DNA of 64,000 bases from Acetobacterium sp. (GTDB lineage: Bacteria; Bacillota; Clostridia; Eubacteriales; Eubacteriaceae): the NCBI RefSeq assembly GCF_041752335.1, contig NZ_JBGSHG010000006.1:5737-69736 (forward strand), written 5' to 3'. Made by a program: the position numbers and the translations under genes. Positions within the stretch are counted from its first letter, which is position 1. Each line of letters opens with the position of its first letter. This document shows positions 52,021 through 63,443 of the stretch, in pieces. Below the pieces are notes generated by a model, which saw only the letters and a list, made by a program, of their open reading frames with translations, had not been told where the DNA came from and ran no database searches.

Positions 52021-53490
52021 TCATTCTTTTTTCTCTTGTCGAAAGCCCTGATAAATTGCCACACACATCAGAATGATGATCAGTAAAAATGGCAAGGCCA
52101 TAATAATGGAGGTGTTTCGCATCGCTACCAGTCCGCCGCTGAAAAGCAGCACAATGGCCATCAAGGATAAAACGGTTCCCCAGATTATTTTTATTTTCGT
52201 ATCCGGATTCAAATCCCCATTCCTGGAAAACATGCCAATGACAAAGGTGGCCGAATCGGCTGAGGTGACAAAAAAAGTAATAATCAAGACTGTTGCAACA
52301 AACGAGATGATTTTTCCCAAAGGTAACATCGCCAAAGTGGCAAATAATCCCACCGTCACATCATTCGTAACCTGGTCAACAATACCAGCACCTTCGAAGA
52401 TTTCAAAATATAAGGCGGTTCCCCCCAAAACGGTAAACCAGATGCAGCAGAAGATGGCTGGCAGAATAATCACGCCCAAAACAAATTCCCTGACGGTTCG
52501 ACCCTTTGAGATTCTGGCGATAAATGTTCCCACAAATGGCCCCCATGAAAGCCACCATGCCCAATAGAAAATAGTCCAGGTGCCGATCCAGGGATCGTTT
52601 TCAAAGGGTGATAAGGCCAGGCTCAGGGGCAGAATATTTTGAATATAACCGCTGACGCTGACTAATAAGGTATTGATAATAAAAACGGTTGGCCCAAAGA
52701 AAAAAACAAACAACAAAAGCAACACGGCAATAATGATATTGGTGTTGCTGAGTATTTTTATTCCTTTGTCCAGTCCAGTTGTCGCCGAAATTAAAAACAA
52801 CACGGTGATGACAGTGATAATAATAACTTGGGTACTAAAAGTGTTGGGAATATTAAACAGGGTATTCAGCCCACCATTAACCTGCAAAGCCCCCATCCCC
52901 AGCGAGGTGGAGACGCCAATCACCGTTAAAATAAGCGATAGAATATCCACGGTTTTACCAATTGGTCCCTTGGTCTTCTCGCCCAGCAGCGGATATAAGG
53001 TTGAACTGATCAGACATGGCAATTTTTTCCGAAAGGTTACATAGGCCAGTGCCAATCCAACGATGGCATAGATCGCCCAGGGATGAAGTCCCCAATGTAA
53101 AAAAGTATACCTAAAAGCCATCATGGCCGACTGGGTTGATGAGGGTTCAATCCCCATTGGCGGTTGGGCATAATGAAAAACAGGTTCAGCGACACCCCAG
53201 AATACCAGCCCGATCCCCATACCAGCACTAAAAAGCATGGCAAACCAGGAAAAATTAGAATATTCCGGACGGTCATCGTCATTACCTAAACGAATTTTGC
53301 CATATTTACTGAAAGCCAGATACAGTGTAAATATCAGAATTCCCAAAACCGTCGCCAGGTATAGCCAACCCAGGTCATTGGTGATAAAACCAAACATCTG
53401 ACTGGTGATCTCGAGCAATTGCTCGGGAAATAAGAATCCAAATCCAAGAAACAGCAGAATAAGACTAATAGAAATGTAGAACACCATCAT
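52021..53490 (-). CDS. BCCT family transporter (betaine/carnitine/choline)
   Basis: WFAMLFSAGMGIG, HWGLHPW, WTIFYWAWW, FIARISKGRT. Confidence 0.92.
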   Translation of the reverse strand: MMVFYISISLILLFLGFGFLFPEQLLEITSQMFGFITNDLGWLYLATVLGILIFTLYLAFSKYGKIRLGNDDDRPEYSNFSWFAMLFSAGMGIGLVFWGVAEPVFHYAQPPMGIEPSSTQSAMMAFRYTFLHWGLHPWAIYAIVGLALAYVTFRKKLPCLISSTLYPLLGEKTKGPIGKTVDILSLILTVIGVSTSLGMGALQVNGGLNTLFNIPNTFSTQVIIITVITVLFLISATTGLDKGIKILSNTNIIIAVLLLLFVFFFGPTVFIINTLLVSVSGYIQNILPLSLALSPFENDPWIGTWTIFYWAWWLSWGPFVGTFIARISKGRTVREFVLGVIILPAIFCCIWFTVLGGTALYFEIFEGAGIVDQVTNDVTVGLFATLAMLPLGKIISFVATVLIITFFVTSADSATFVIGMFSRNGDLNPDTKIKIIWGTVLSLMAIVLLFSGGLVAMRNTSIIMALPFLLIIILMCVAIYQGFRQEKKE

Positions 53491-53591
53491 ATTCACTTCC
53501 TTTTTATAAATGAGCGCCAAAACTTTCGTTTAAGTTTTGGCGTTCATTTTGTGATCCTACTTTTATTGTAACATAATTGAATAGACTTTGA

Positions 53592-54239
53592 TTAATTCAG
53601 GATTTTTTTACACAATTCAACTGCTTCATCAGCTGTCTCAGCCCAACCGTCTGCACCAATATCTTCGCCCCACTTTGCACTGGTGGGTCCACCACCGATG
53701 ATAACCTTGTATTTATCTCTAAGACTTTGCGCATCTAAATACTCAACCAATACTTTTTGAGATTTCATGGTGGTGGTTAACAGCGAACTGGCGGCGATGA
53801 TCTTGGCCCCTACTTCATCAGCCTTGGCGACGAAATCTTCAGCTTTCTGATCAATGCCGATATCGTATACTTTAAAACCGGCTGAGGTTAACAGCGCGCC
53901 GACAATGTTTTTTCCAATATCATGGATATCGCCTTCAACGGTGCCCAGGACAATCTTGCCCTTATCTTCATAAGCGCCTTCACCTTCACCGGCTGCTAAC
54001 ACCTCTTCGAGGACATCCATCCCTGCCTTCATGGCATCAGCGGCCATCATAACATCTGGTAAAAAGGCTTCCCCACTGGTCCATGCTGCTCCAACTTCTT
54101 CAATTCCTTTAATAAAACCAAGCTGTACCGCCTGGACCGGATCGATTTTTTCGGCAACAACTTTCTCGGCCAGTTCAATCGCTAAATCCTCATCACCATC
54201 GACAATTGCATCTTTAATTTCTTCAAATATTGGGTTCAT
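53592..54239 (-). CDS. Corrinoid (B12-binding) protein of methyltransferase system
   Basis: GDIHDIGKNIV, SSLLTTT, IIGGGP. Confidence 0.92.
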   Translation of the reverse strand: MNPIFEEIKDAIVDGDEDLAIELAEKVVAEKIDPVQAVQLGFIKGIEEVGAAWTSGEAFLPDVMMAADAMKAGMDVLEEVLAAGEGEGAYEDKGKIVLGTVEGDIHDIGKNIVGALLTSAGFKVYDIGIDQKAEDFVAKADEVGAKIIAASSLLTTTMKSQKVLVEYLDAQSLRDKYKVIIGGGPTSAKWGEDIGADGWAETADEAVELCKKILN

Positions 54240-54277
54240 TATTTTTCTCCTTTTTTTCTAATATAATTTTAATTTCG

Positions 54278-55714
54278 CTATTTTAATAATTCTTTTGATC
54301 GTTTTTCAATAAATGCTTCGACTTTTTCTTTAACTTCCGGATCCAGTTCCGGCGGGGTGTAGTTGGCCAATACTTCCTGCCATTTCAGTTTTGCCCGCTG
54401 ATTGGTGTCGAGTGATTCTTTCGACCATCCGTCAAAGGATTGACGGTCACTGAGAGCTGGTCTGAAGAATTCCGTTTTAAAGTTTTTACGGGTATGTTTC
54501 TGGGTCAGGAAGTGGCCGCCGGGGCCCACTTTTTCAATGACATCATAGGCCATTTTTTCATCGCTGTCGCTATCAAATCCCTTGAGATAACGTAACACCA
54601 TGCCGGCGATTTCATCATCGACCATGAATTTTTCATAGGACATGGCCATATAATACTGCAGAATTCCGGCTGTATGAAGGACAAAATTGACACCGGTGGT
54701 GCTGGTTGCGAAGAGCACCATCATCGATTCATAGCCGGCCTGGGCGTCAACAGTTTTGGCATCGGTTAAGCCGCCGCCGCCGCGGCAGGGCACGCCATAA
54801 AATCGGGCAAATTGCGCACTGGCTGAAGTAAAGAGGGCATTTTCCGGATTTCCGATCGATAGTGATCCGGTTGACATATCGGTCACTGCTGAGGTTGATC
54901 CATAAACCACTGGTGTTCCCGGGTTGATGCATTGAGTCAGGGTAATCCCTGCCAATACTTCAGCATTCTGTAGGGATAAAGCGCCTGCCATAGTGGCGGG
55001 ACCGGTTGAACCAGCCATTACCAGAGATGCAATTACCATCGGCTGACCGGTTTCAGCATAAGCCATTAACCCGCCCAGCATCCGATCGTCATATTTCAGC
55101 GGAGTTACTGAGTTGACTAAGCAGATCAAGGCTGGCTTTTCTTTGATCACATCCAAACCACCATGAAGCACTGCTGTCAGTTCAATCGAATCCCTGGCAT
55201 GTTCGTAACCTGAAGAGCTGCCCATAAAACATTTATCGGAGTTAATAATATGGCTGTAGGCCATTTTTAAATGTCTGATTTCATCTTCAACATCGGTGGG
55301 TTCAACCACGGTACCGCCAGTCATATGCATGTTTTTGCTGGCTCCGGCCAGTTTTACAAAATTGTCATAGTCTGCCATCGTGGCATCCCGTTTGCCACCA
55401 TCGGCATCATAAACAAAGGGGGCCCCGTAGCCGGGCATATAAATAATGTGCTCGCCGCCGCAAACCAGATTATGTTCAGGATTACGGGCATGGAGAGTAA
55501 ATTGTGCCGGTGCTTTTTCGACCATGTTTTCAACAAAGTCCGGATCTAGAAAGACCCGGTGGCCTTCAACCCTTTGACCATGTTTTTTAAACACTTCAAT
55601 GGCGGGGTCATAGGAGAACTCAACTCCTATTTCCTGGAGAATTTTTAAGCTATTTTTGTGAATCTTATCAATCTGTTCATCCGTCAAAATATCAAATTTT
55701 GGTAACATCTTCAA
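54278..55714 (-). CDS. Non-pyrrolysine trimethylamine methyltransferase (MttB) family, probably glycine betaine:corrinoid methyltransferase
   Basis: NSVTPLKYD, GSTGPAT, GGGLTDAK (Leu at the Pyl position), DAQAGYES; no in-frame stop. Confidence 0.88.
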   Translation of the reverse strand: MKMLPKFDILTDEQIDKIHKNSLKILQEIGVEFSYDPAIEVFKKHGQRVEGHRVFLDPDFVENMVEKAPAQFTLHARNPEHNLVCGGEHIIYMPGYGAPFVYDADGGKRDATMADYDNFVKLAGASKNMHMTGGTVVEPTDVEDEIRHLKMAYSHIINSDKCFMGSSSGYEHARDSIELTAVLHGGLDVIKEKPALICLVNSVTPLKYDDRMLGGLMAYAETGQPMVIASLVMAGSTGPATMAGALSLQNAEVLAGITLTQCINPGTPVVYGSTSAVTDMSTGSLSIGNPENALFTSASAQFARFYGVPCRGGGGLTDAKTVDAQAGYESMMVLFATSTTGVNFVLHTAGILQYYMAMSYEKFMVDDEIAGMVLRYLKGFDSDSDEKMAYDVIEKVGPGGHFLTQKHTRKNFKTEFFRPALSDRQSFDGWSKESLDTNQRAKLKWQEVLANYTPPELDPEVKEKVEAFIEKRSKELLK

Positions 55715-55746
55715 ATACCTCTTTTTCTATAATTTTGTTCTTGTTT

Positions 55747-57327
55747 TTATTCCTGGATATCCGCAACCGGTTCCTGGCCGCTGCCGATATCATTAAGACC
55801 GGTTTTATTCATTAGTAACTGGGTTTCGGCATAGTCTGCTTTCAGAGCTTTGAAAATACTGAAACACATGACGATCATAACCAGCATGTAGGGGAAGGCC
55901 GCCACAATTGAAGCGGTCTGCAAGGCTTTTAAGGCCGATGTACCACCCACTAATATCAGCATGATGGTGATTAAGCCCTGGGCAATTCCCCAGCCGCCGC
56001 GCAATTTTTTGTCTGGATCCATGTCGCCGCCAGATGTCAGCATCGCCAATACATAGGTTGCGGAGTTCGCTGCGCCAACAAAGCAGACCACAATCAGGAA
56101 AATCGCCAGAATTGAGGTAATGCCATAAAGCGGAAGCTGCTGTAACAGTGCATACAAGGCGGTGGTATAATCGGCACCAACGGCTGCTTCAATGGCGCCG
56201 CCGGAAATGGTATTTAAATTAAAGGCCGCTCCGCCATAAATGGCAATCCAGATCAACGAAAAACCAGAAGGTAGTAAGGCTACTGCTAAAATAAATTCGC
56301 GGATACTTCGACCTTTAGAAACACGGGCGACAAACTGTCCGACAAATGGAGCCCAGGCAATCCACCATGCCCAATAGAAGATGGTCCAGCCGTTAAGCCA
56401 TTCCACATTACCCATCCAGAAGGTTTGTCCAACAATATTCTGGAAGTAAGTTCCGAGGGTATTGGTAAAATTATTTAAGATAAATACTGAGCCGCCAAAA
56501 ACAAAGATAAATACCATAAAGGCAATGGACAGCCAGATTTTGATATCGGCAGCCATCTGCATCGCTTTATGCAGACCTGACACCGTTGCCAGGGTAAAGA
56601 TTACGGTAATAACGGCAATAATAATCGAAACGGTCATCGGGGTGGATTCGATTCCCCACATGTATTCCAGACCAGTGGCAATCTGAGTTGATCCCAGGCC
56701 GAGGCTGGTGGCGACCCCGAAAATGGTGGCAAAGACAGCCAGAATATCGATGGTTTTACCGATCGGTCCATGAATCTTTTCGCCAATCAGTGGATAAAAG
56801 GCTGAACTGATCAAAAATGGCAGGTCTTTACGGAATTGGAAATAAGCAAGTCCTAAACCGCCAATCGCAAAGATTACCCAGGGATGGAGTCCCCAGTGAA
56901 AAAAGGATACCCGCATCGCCAATTCCATGGCTGACTGGGTTGCGCCTTCACCAATCGGTGGACTGAGGTAATGCATAATCGGTTCAGATACCGACCAGAA
57001 AACCAGACCAATTCCCATTCCGCCGCCAAACAACATTGAAAACCATTGAAAGTTTGAGAATTCCGGTTTATCATCATCTTTCCCCAGTTTTATTTTTCCA
57101 AAGGGACTGACAACCAGACCGATTGCAAAAACAATAAAGAGACCCACTGCCAGCAAATAGAGCCAGCCAAAGTTGGTGGTAATCAGAGCGAACAATTGAT
57201 TGAAAACTTCATTCGTTCCTTCGGTAAACATCACGCTCAACAGAACAAATACCAGTGCGATTGCCGCCGAGACATATAAGACTGTTTTGTCTTTTGTTTT
57301 AGTTGCTGTTTTTTTCTCTTCCATCAC
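55747..57327 (-). CDS. BCCT family transporter (second copy)
   Basis: WFSMLFGGGMGIG, HWGLHPW, WTIFYWAWW. Confidence 0.92.
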   Translation of the reverse strand: MMEEKKTATKTKDKTVLYVSAAIALVFVLLSVMFTEGTNEVFNQLFALITTNFGWLYLLAVGLFIVFAIGLVVSPFGKIKLGKDDDKPEFSNFQWFSMLFGGGMGIGLVFWSVSEPIMHYLSPPIGEGATQSAMELAMRVSFFHWGLHPWVIFAIGGLGLAYFQFRKDLPFLISSAFYPLIGEKIHGPIGKTIDILAVFATIFGVATSLGLGSTQIATGLEYMWGIESTPMTVSIIIAVITVIFTLATVSGLHKAMQMAADIKIWLSIAFMVFIFVFGGSVFILNNFTNTLGTYFQNIVGQTFWMGNVEWLNGWTIFYWAWWIAWAPFVGQFVARVSKGRSIREFILAVALLPSGFSLIWIAIYGGAAFNLNTISGGAIEAAVGADYTTALYALLQQLPLYGITSILAIFLIVVCFVGAANSATYVLAMLTSGGDMDPDKKLRGGWGIAQGLITIMLILVGGTSALKALQTASIVAAFPYMLVMIVMCFSIFKALKADYAETQLLMNKTGLNDIGSGQEPVADIQE

Positions 57328-57364
57328 TACTTATCCTCCTTCTAATTTTTTAAAATTTTGAATT

Positions 57365-58288
<924 letters not shown>

Positions 58289-58484
58289 CTACTCCTTCAT
58301 AAACTTATAATTAATTATTGCGAAATTCACAACTAACACTTTATTGTCCCGTCCCCGCTATAATCGGTTAACGATCTTCCTGGACGTCTGTTTTTCTATC
58401 TCGCAGCCTAAACGATTACACTTTGTTTTATTCTCCTTTCGATCATATTTACGAGATGTCATGTTAATTCTTGATAACATGTAT

Positions 58485-58501
58485 CGCAATAATCGTGCCA
58501 A
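58485..58501 (-). promoter_or_regulatory. Sigma-54 (-24/-12) promoter of the methyltransferase operon
   Basis: Minus strand TTGGCACG-ATTA-TTGC, a consensus match; divergent enhancer-binding protein gene adjacent. Confidence 0.85.
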
Positions 58502-58779
58502 CATGCTTCCGACGGCTGATTCTCTGGTTACTGCCCTTTACTGAGATTCGTAAGGCAAATACTCTTTCCAGATATGAAAAAACAGCATTATTATTTTTCA
58601 CTTTCGGGAATATTCATTTTTTTCCTCTTGTGCCCTGGGCTATTTTGATTTATTATCAGTTCTAATAATGAAAATGATTGATCTCCGTTTGTAATAACCT
58701 AAAAAAACTAGATTAAGATACGGTTCGAGCAAAATAACTAAAATACACCACACCTCAATGTGTGATAAAGGGAAAACTT

Positions 58780-60204
58780 ATGATAACAAATGAATTCAAT
58801 CACAGCCAGGAATATTTAGACTATTTAAAAACACTTTCCAGTGAATTTTTCCTGGATATTCTGGAAAACAGTTTTATCGAGGTCACCGTGACCGATAAAG
58901 ACGGTAACGTCCTTTATGCCAATCCGGCCTGTCTCGAATACCATGGCATCTCGGCCGAAAAAATGTGGAAGCTTAATTTTCTGACCTCCTTTCAGGGTTT
59001 CTGGACACCGCCCTCCACCGCTACCGCCATGGAAAAAAAGCGTACCATCATCTCGCGGCAACGCTCGCTACTCACGGACGAAGAACACATTACCATTACC
59101 ACGCCCCTCTATAATCCCGATCATGAGCTGGTGATGCTGGTTTATAACACCTTAAAACGGGAATCTTTTGTGGAGTTTGACCTGGATTATCTGAATCCGG
59201 AAAAAGAAACGGGTGATGATGAAGATCTTAAAGATAAAAAAGGCTCCCGGGAAGAACGGACCAAGGCCAGCAATAATATTGTCGGACGCAGTTATATTCT
59301 TTACCAGACCCTGCACAAACTGAAGAAAGCGGCAAAATCCGATATCCCCATTCTTTTATTGGGCGAAAGCGGAGTTGGCAAGAGCCTGATTGCCAAATTT
59401 ATTCATGATTGCAGTCCCCGCAAAGCGAGCCCCTTCGTTTCGATTAACTGCGCCTCGATTCCCGATAATCTGATTGAAAGCGAGCTCTTTGGCTATGTCC
59501 CCTATGCCTTTACCGGAGCCAGCCCCAAGGGAAAAAAAGGACTGGTGGAAATGGCCGATAACGGCACCCTGTTTTTGGATGAAATTGGCGAATTACTTCC
59601 CAATATTCAGGTTAAGCTGCTGGATTTTCTGGAAAACCAGCGTTTCACCTCAGTGGGCGGATTGGAATCAAAAACCGTCAATACCCGGATCATTACCGCC
59701 ACCAATAAAAATCTGGCCGAATTGGTTGCTAAAAACACCTTTCGGGAAGACCTGTACTGGCGGATTAACGGCATCACCCAGACCATTCCCTCGCTCCGGG
59801 AACGGCGGGATGATATTTTTCCCATCGCCCAGTATTATTTGAAAGAGTACAATAAAAAATACAGCCAGAATAAGGTTTTTTCCAATCAGGTGATTGAATC
59901 CCTGATTCAATACGACTGGCCGGGAAATGTCCGGCAGCTTAAAAATGCCGTGGAACAGATGGCCGTGATGAGTCTTGGCAGCGTCATTGGCATTGATAAA
60001 TTACCTGAACAATTAGGGGCCTTTTTCGCCCAGGGCAGCATAAAAAAAAGACCAGTCATTTTTGATGACCTGGTCGAAAATTACAAACGGGGAATTATTG
60101 AAGATTATTATGAGATATACGACAATATCAACGAAATGGCTGAATCTCTGGGATTAAGCCAGACCACTGCTTATCGCCTGGTAAATAAATATATCAAAAA
60201 ATAA
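58780..60204 (+). CDS. PAS-domain sigma-54-dependent transcriptional activator
   Basis: GESGVGKS, ESELFG, YAFTGA, LFLDEIGEL, FREDLYWR, WPGNVRQL, C-terminal HTH. Confidence 0.92.
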   Translation: MITNEFNHSQEYLDYLKTLSSEFFLDILENSFIEVTVTDKDGNVLYANPACLEYHGISAEKMWKLNFLTSFQGFWTPPSTATAMEKKRTIISRQRSLLTDEEHITITTPLYNPDHELVMLVYNTLKRESFVEFDLDYLNPEKETGDDEDLKDKKGSREERTKASNNIVGRSYILYQTLHKLKKAAKSDIPILLLGESGVGKSLIAKFIHDCSPRKASPFVSINCASIPDNLIESELFGYVPYAFTGASPKGKKGLVEMADNGTLFLDEIGELLPNIQVKLLDFLENQRFTSVGGLESKTVNTRIITATNKNLAELVAKNTFREDLYWRINGITQTIPSLRERRDDIFPIAQYYLKEYNKKYSQNKVFSNQVIESLIQYDWPGNVRQLKNAVEQMAVMSLGSVIGIDKLPEQLGAFFAQGSIKKRPVIFDDLVENYKRGIIEDYYEIYDNINEMAESLGLSQTTAYRLVNKYIKK

Positions 60205-60206
60205 CA

Positions 60207-60250
60207 ACACCATAAGCAGGGGGCTGCAAAGCTCCTTGTTATGGTGTTTT
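60207..60250. terminator. Terminator between convergent genes
   Basis: AACACCATAAGCAGGGGGC...GCTCCTTGTTATGGTGTTTT. Confidence 0.65.
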
Positions 60251-60292
60251 ATTGTATGGGCTGCCCCACTAAATCACAATCAAATTTTCCGG

Positions 60293-60550
60293 TTAAACTA
60301 TCAGGGAACGTTCTCTTGACCAAAAAGATTTTTTATCCCAACTGAACTCGACATCCGCATGAATCTCTGAAAAATAATCCTGTATTAAATCGTTCAAATC
60401 ATCCAGATTTTCAAAATGATTGGCTTTGTCCATTGATTCAATCCACATGCTCTGTCCGCCGCAGGCATCACTTAAATGAACCTTATAGGCCAAATCCCGC
60501 TCTTCAATACGTCGGTTCACTTCACTAATATTGTTCCAGGTAATAATCAT
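60293..60550 (-). CDS. Small RDAC-family protein
   Basis: KVHLSDACGGQS motif; AGGAG RBS. Confidence 0.7.
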   Translation of the reverse strand: MIITWNNISEVNRRIEERDLAYKVHLSDACGGQSMWIESMDKANHFENLDDLNDLIQDYFSEIHADVEFSWDKKSFWSRERSLIV

Positions 60551-60642
60551 CTCCAGATACTCCTTTCATTAATGATTTCTTATAAGTTCATTACCCAGAT
60601 CAATCAACTTTATTCAAAAAACTTTTCGCCACCCATTATTAT

Positions 60643-62460
60643 TTAGCTAACAAATGGCCGGCTGGTTGGTCCCGGTGCTGACGCCCCTTTCGGCACGACG
60701 CAGATTTCAATGGCTTCCAGTCTCAATGACTTACCCTGTGTTCCTGAACTTCCGCCATTTATGGCCCAGTCAAGCCAACCATAATTTTGACTGTGCACCC
60801 GGTAATAGACATCGTAGTTAATCGCATCGGTTCCGGTCAGACGAATTTGAATGGCCTCTAATCGCAGCGATTGGCCATAGGTCCCGCTGGTTTGACCGTC
60901 GCTTTTAAAACCCTGCCAGCCAATATTTTGAACATGCGTCTGGTACTCAACCCCAAGATCATTACCGAGATTATTCATCTTGATTTCGATCCCTTCCAGC
61001 CGCAGGGATTGGCCTGAGGTGCCACTGATCTGACCGTCAAATTTCCAGCCCTGCCAGCCCACGTTCTGAACATGGGTACGATAGGTCGGCCCCACCGTTT
61101 CACTGGAATTGATGGCAGCCACAGCTTGATTCAGCTGAATCAAACCGCTGCCATAATAAGCATCACTACCGGCTACGCCCAGATCCAGGGCGGTGCTTTT
61201 GAGAATTGTCTCAACCGCTTCGGCATTTAAACTGGAATCGGCAGCCATCACTACCGCACAGGCTCCAGCCACAATCGGACTGGAAAAAGAGGTTCCGCTG
61301 GCATACTCGTATCCGCCGCTTTTAGCAGTTGTTAAAACTGATTGACCTGGAGCACACAAATCCACCCGATCATTATATTGAGAAAAGGAAGAACGGGTAT
61401 TATACTTGTTGATAGCGCCGACCGAAATAACATGGTCGTAGGATGCCGGATAGGAATACTGTCCGGCTCGGGCATTCCAGGCTTCCCCTTCATTGCCGGA
61501 GGATGCCACCACCACTTTCCCGGCGCTGACAGCCTCACTGACAGCCACTGCCAGGGAAGAAAAGGTTCCGTATCCGCCAAAACTCATATTGATTACTTTT
61601 ACCTCTGGCCGTTCGGCAGCTTTAAGGATGGCTGCACAAATATAGGCCACATCCAGCTGGGTATCTCCGCTGTATTGTCCACCGGTACGATAGGGAGCGA
61701 TTTTAATATTAGCCAACCCGGAAATTCCGGCCGTGCCAACCCCATTATTGGTAACCGCAGCAATACATCCGCTGACGGCGGTTCCATGGCCGGCCAGATC
61801 CACAACATTGGTCTTGCCGGTGACAAAATCATAACCAGCTACGGTATTGCCAATAATATCCGGATGATTGACATTTAAGCCGGTATCAATGACAGCCACC
61901 ACCACCGGGTCAGCATTGGATACCTGATCCCAGGTCTGGTCGGCGCCAATCCGCTGAAACTGCCAGGCCGAGCCATTGACAACGTAGGGGTCATTGGGAA
62001 GGGCCGTCACTTCGATTTTATCGTTCTTGTCTACCGCCAATACATTGGGGTTTTGTTTTAGATCAGCCATCAAGGCTTCCACATCTGTTGTCTCGCTAAC
62101 TTCAATCAGGTCAACCCGATTCGATACCTGCTCCCCGGAAACAACCTCTGCGGTTGTCAGCGCCAGGTCTTTGACATTGTCTTCGCCACTGTCGGCATAA
62201 ACAACAACAATCTGCTGATCCAGATTATCGTTGATGTTAACCTCCGGCACCTGTTCCAGGGTTTCAATCACAGGGGATATTTCGTTTCCCTGTTCAGACC
62301 CTTGGTTTAGCGGCGTACTCTGATTATCTTGTGTTATTGTTTCAAGCGATTGATCGCCAGAATTAACTGAATCTTCTGCCTGACTCCCCGCGGGAAACAG
62401 CAAGAAGATAACCAACATGATTGCCAGCCATCGTTTTATTCTTCTTATTTTCTTATTCAT
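60643..62460 (-). CDS. Secreted S8 subtilisin-like protease with C-terminal ChW repeats
   Basis: Signal peptide, VAVIDTG, GHGT, SGTSFSSP; three HVQNxGW...SGTxGxSLRLE repeats. Confidence 0.92.
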   Translation of the reverse strand: MNKKIRRIKRWLAIMLVIFLLFPAGSQAEDSVNSGDQSLETITQDNQSTPLNQGSEQGNEISPVIETLEQVPEVNINDNLDQQIVVVYADSGEDNVKDLALTTAEVVSGEQVSNRVDLIEVSETTDVEALMADLKQNPNVLAVDKNDKIEVTALPNDPYVVNGSAWQFQRIGADQTWDQVSNADPVVVAVIDTGLNVNHPDIIGNTVAGYDFVTGKTNVVDLAGHGTAVSGCIAAVTNNGVGTAGISGLANIKIAPYRTGGQYSGDTQLDVAYICAAILKAAERPEVKVINMSFGGYGTFSSLAVAVSEAVSAGKVVVASSGNEGEAWNARAGQYSYPASYDHVISVGAINKYNTRSSFSQYNDRVDLCAPGQSVLTTAKSGGYEYASGTSFSSPIVAGACAVVMAADSSLNAEAVETILKSTALDLGVAGSDAYYGSGLIQLNQAVAAINSSETVGPTYRTHVQNVGWQGWKFDGQISGTSGQSLRLEGIEIKMNNLGNDLGVEYQTHVQNIGWQGFKSDGQTSGTYGQSLRLEAIQIRLTGTDAINYDVYYRVHSQNYGWLDWAINGGSSGTQGKSLRLEAIEICVVPKGASAPGPTSRPFVS

Positions 62461-62808
62461 GATGCCCTCCCTTCATCTGCCGGTGGTCTCGTCTTGTGAT
62501 ATTATCCGTCGTTGTGTAATCCTTTATTTTTATCACACCCATTATATTTAGGCTATTACTATAACATAATTCTTTTAAATTCTGCCATCATTTCAGACGA
62601 TGCTTAAAGATTTTAATATTAAATGCTTTGCTCCTGCAAATGATTAAACACAAAAAACAGTCCGCTCCGATTTCGCACTGTTTTTATTCTAAGACTTCAT
62701 CCCTATTAGCATTTGGGGTTCTTGTTGCGACCGCTCTGAGCTAACTGTAAAAGTACCTGAGAACGAGTACTTTAAAATCTTGCCGCCTGCTTGTCGCCTT
62801 TTTCGATA

Positions 62809-63432
62809 CTAGGACAGCCGGACAATAATCCGATGCAGAACATCCACCGTTTCCTCCAGGTTTGTCGATGCATCTTTAATATGATGATAAACCTCCCGCT
62901 TTTTAATGGCAGCCATTGGATCAGCTCCGGCAAATACAAACACCATCCCATCCATATAGAGTTTTTCAATTTGCCGATGAGTCGCTCTCATTTTAACCAC
63001 CGCTTCTTCCGACTTACCATGATTCTTTTTCAGATCGCTCACTGCTTCGGCAAAAATTTCCACGCCTCTATTTAATTGTTCAACCATACTGATAATGGTA
63101 TCGTTGGCTTTCACATCAAAGGTTTTCATTGAAACCAGGGTGGACTGGGCATATTTTAAAACCCGATTCATGCCCACGGATATAGAATAAATATCACCTC
63201 GATCAAAGGGGGTAACAAATGCTTCGGTCAGGTTCTTTTCCATTTCCATTCGAATGGTATCCGCTTCTTTAACACACTGCAACAATGCCTGGCTGTCTTT
63301 GTCGGCACCGCTGTTCAACCAACTGTACAGGGCTTCCACTCCGCAAGCGTTGCTTTGTGCCTGCATCAACAACATCTGATGAAAATGGTATTTAATCGGA
63401 AAAATCCGGTCAATAATATTTCTCTTTTCCAT
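62809..63432 (-). CDS. DUF47 (PhoU-like) phosphate transport regulator
   Basis: AFVTPFDRGDI, KREVY; downstream of pit. Confidence 0.88.
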   Translation of the reverse strand: MEKRNIIDRIFPIKYHFHQMLLMQAQSNACGVEALYSWLNSGADKDSQALLQCVKEADTIRMEMEKNLTEAFVTPFDRGDIYSISVGMNRVLKYAQSTLVSMKTFDVKANDTIISMVEQLNRGVEIFAEAVSDLKKNHGKSEEAVVKMRATHRQIEKLYMDGMVFVFAGADPMAAIKKREVYHHIKDASTNLEETVDVLHRIIVRLS

Positions 63433-63443
63433 AATTCTCTCCT

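Noticed and set aside
54278-55714. Pyrrolysine-containing MttB
   Set aside because: ORF is uninterrupted, with Leu at the expected position (GGGLTDAK)
62690-62800. Possible glycine riboswitch or tRNA fragment (CTCAGGT, AGTTAGCTCAG on minus strand)
   Set aside because: Other required motifs (GGAGA/CCGAAG; T-arm and acceptor stem) are absent
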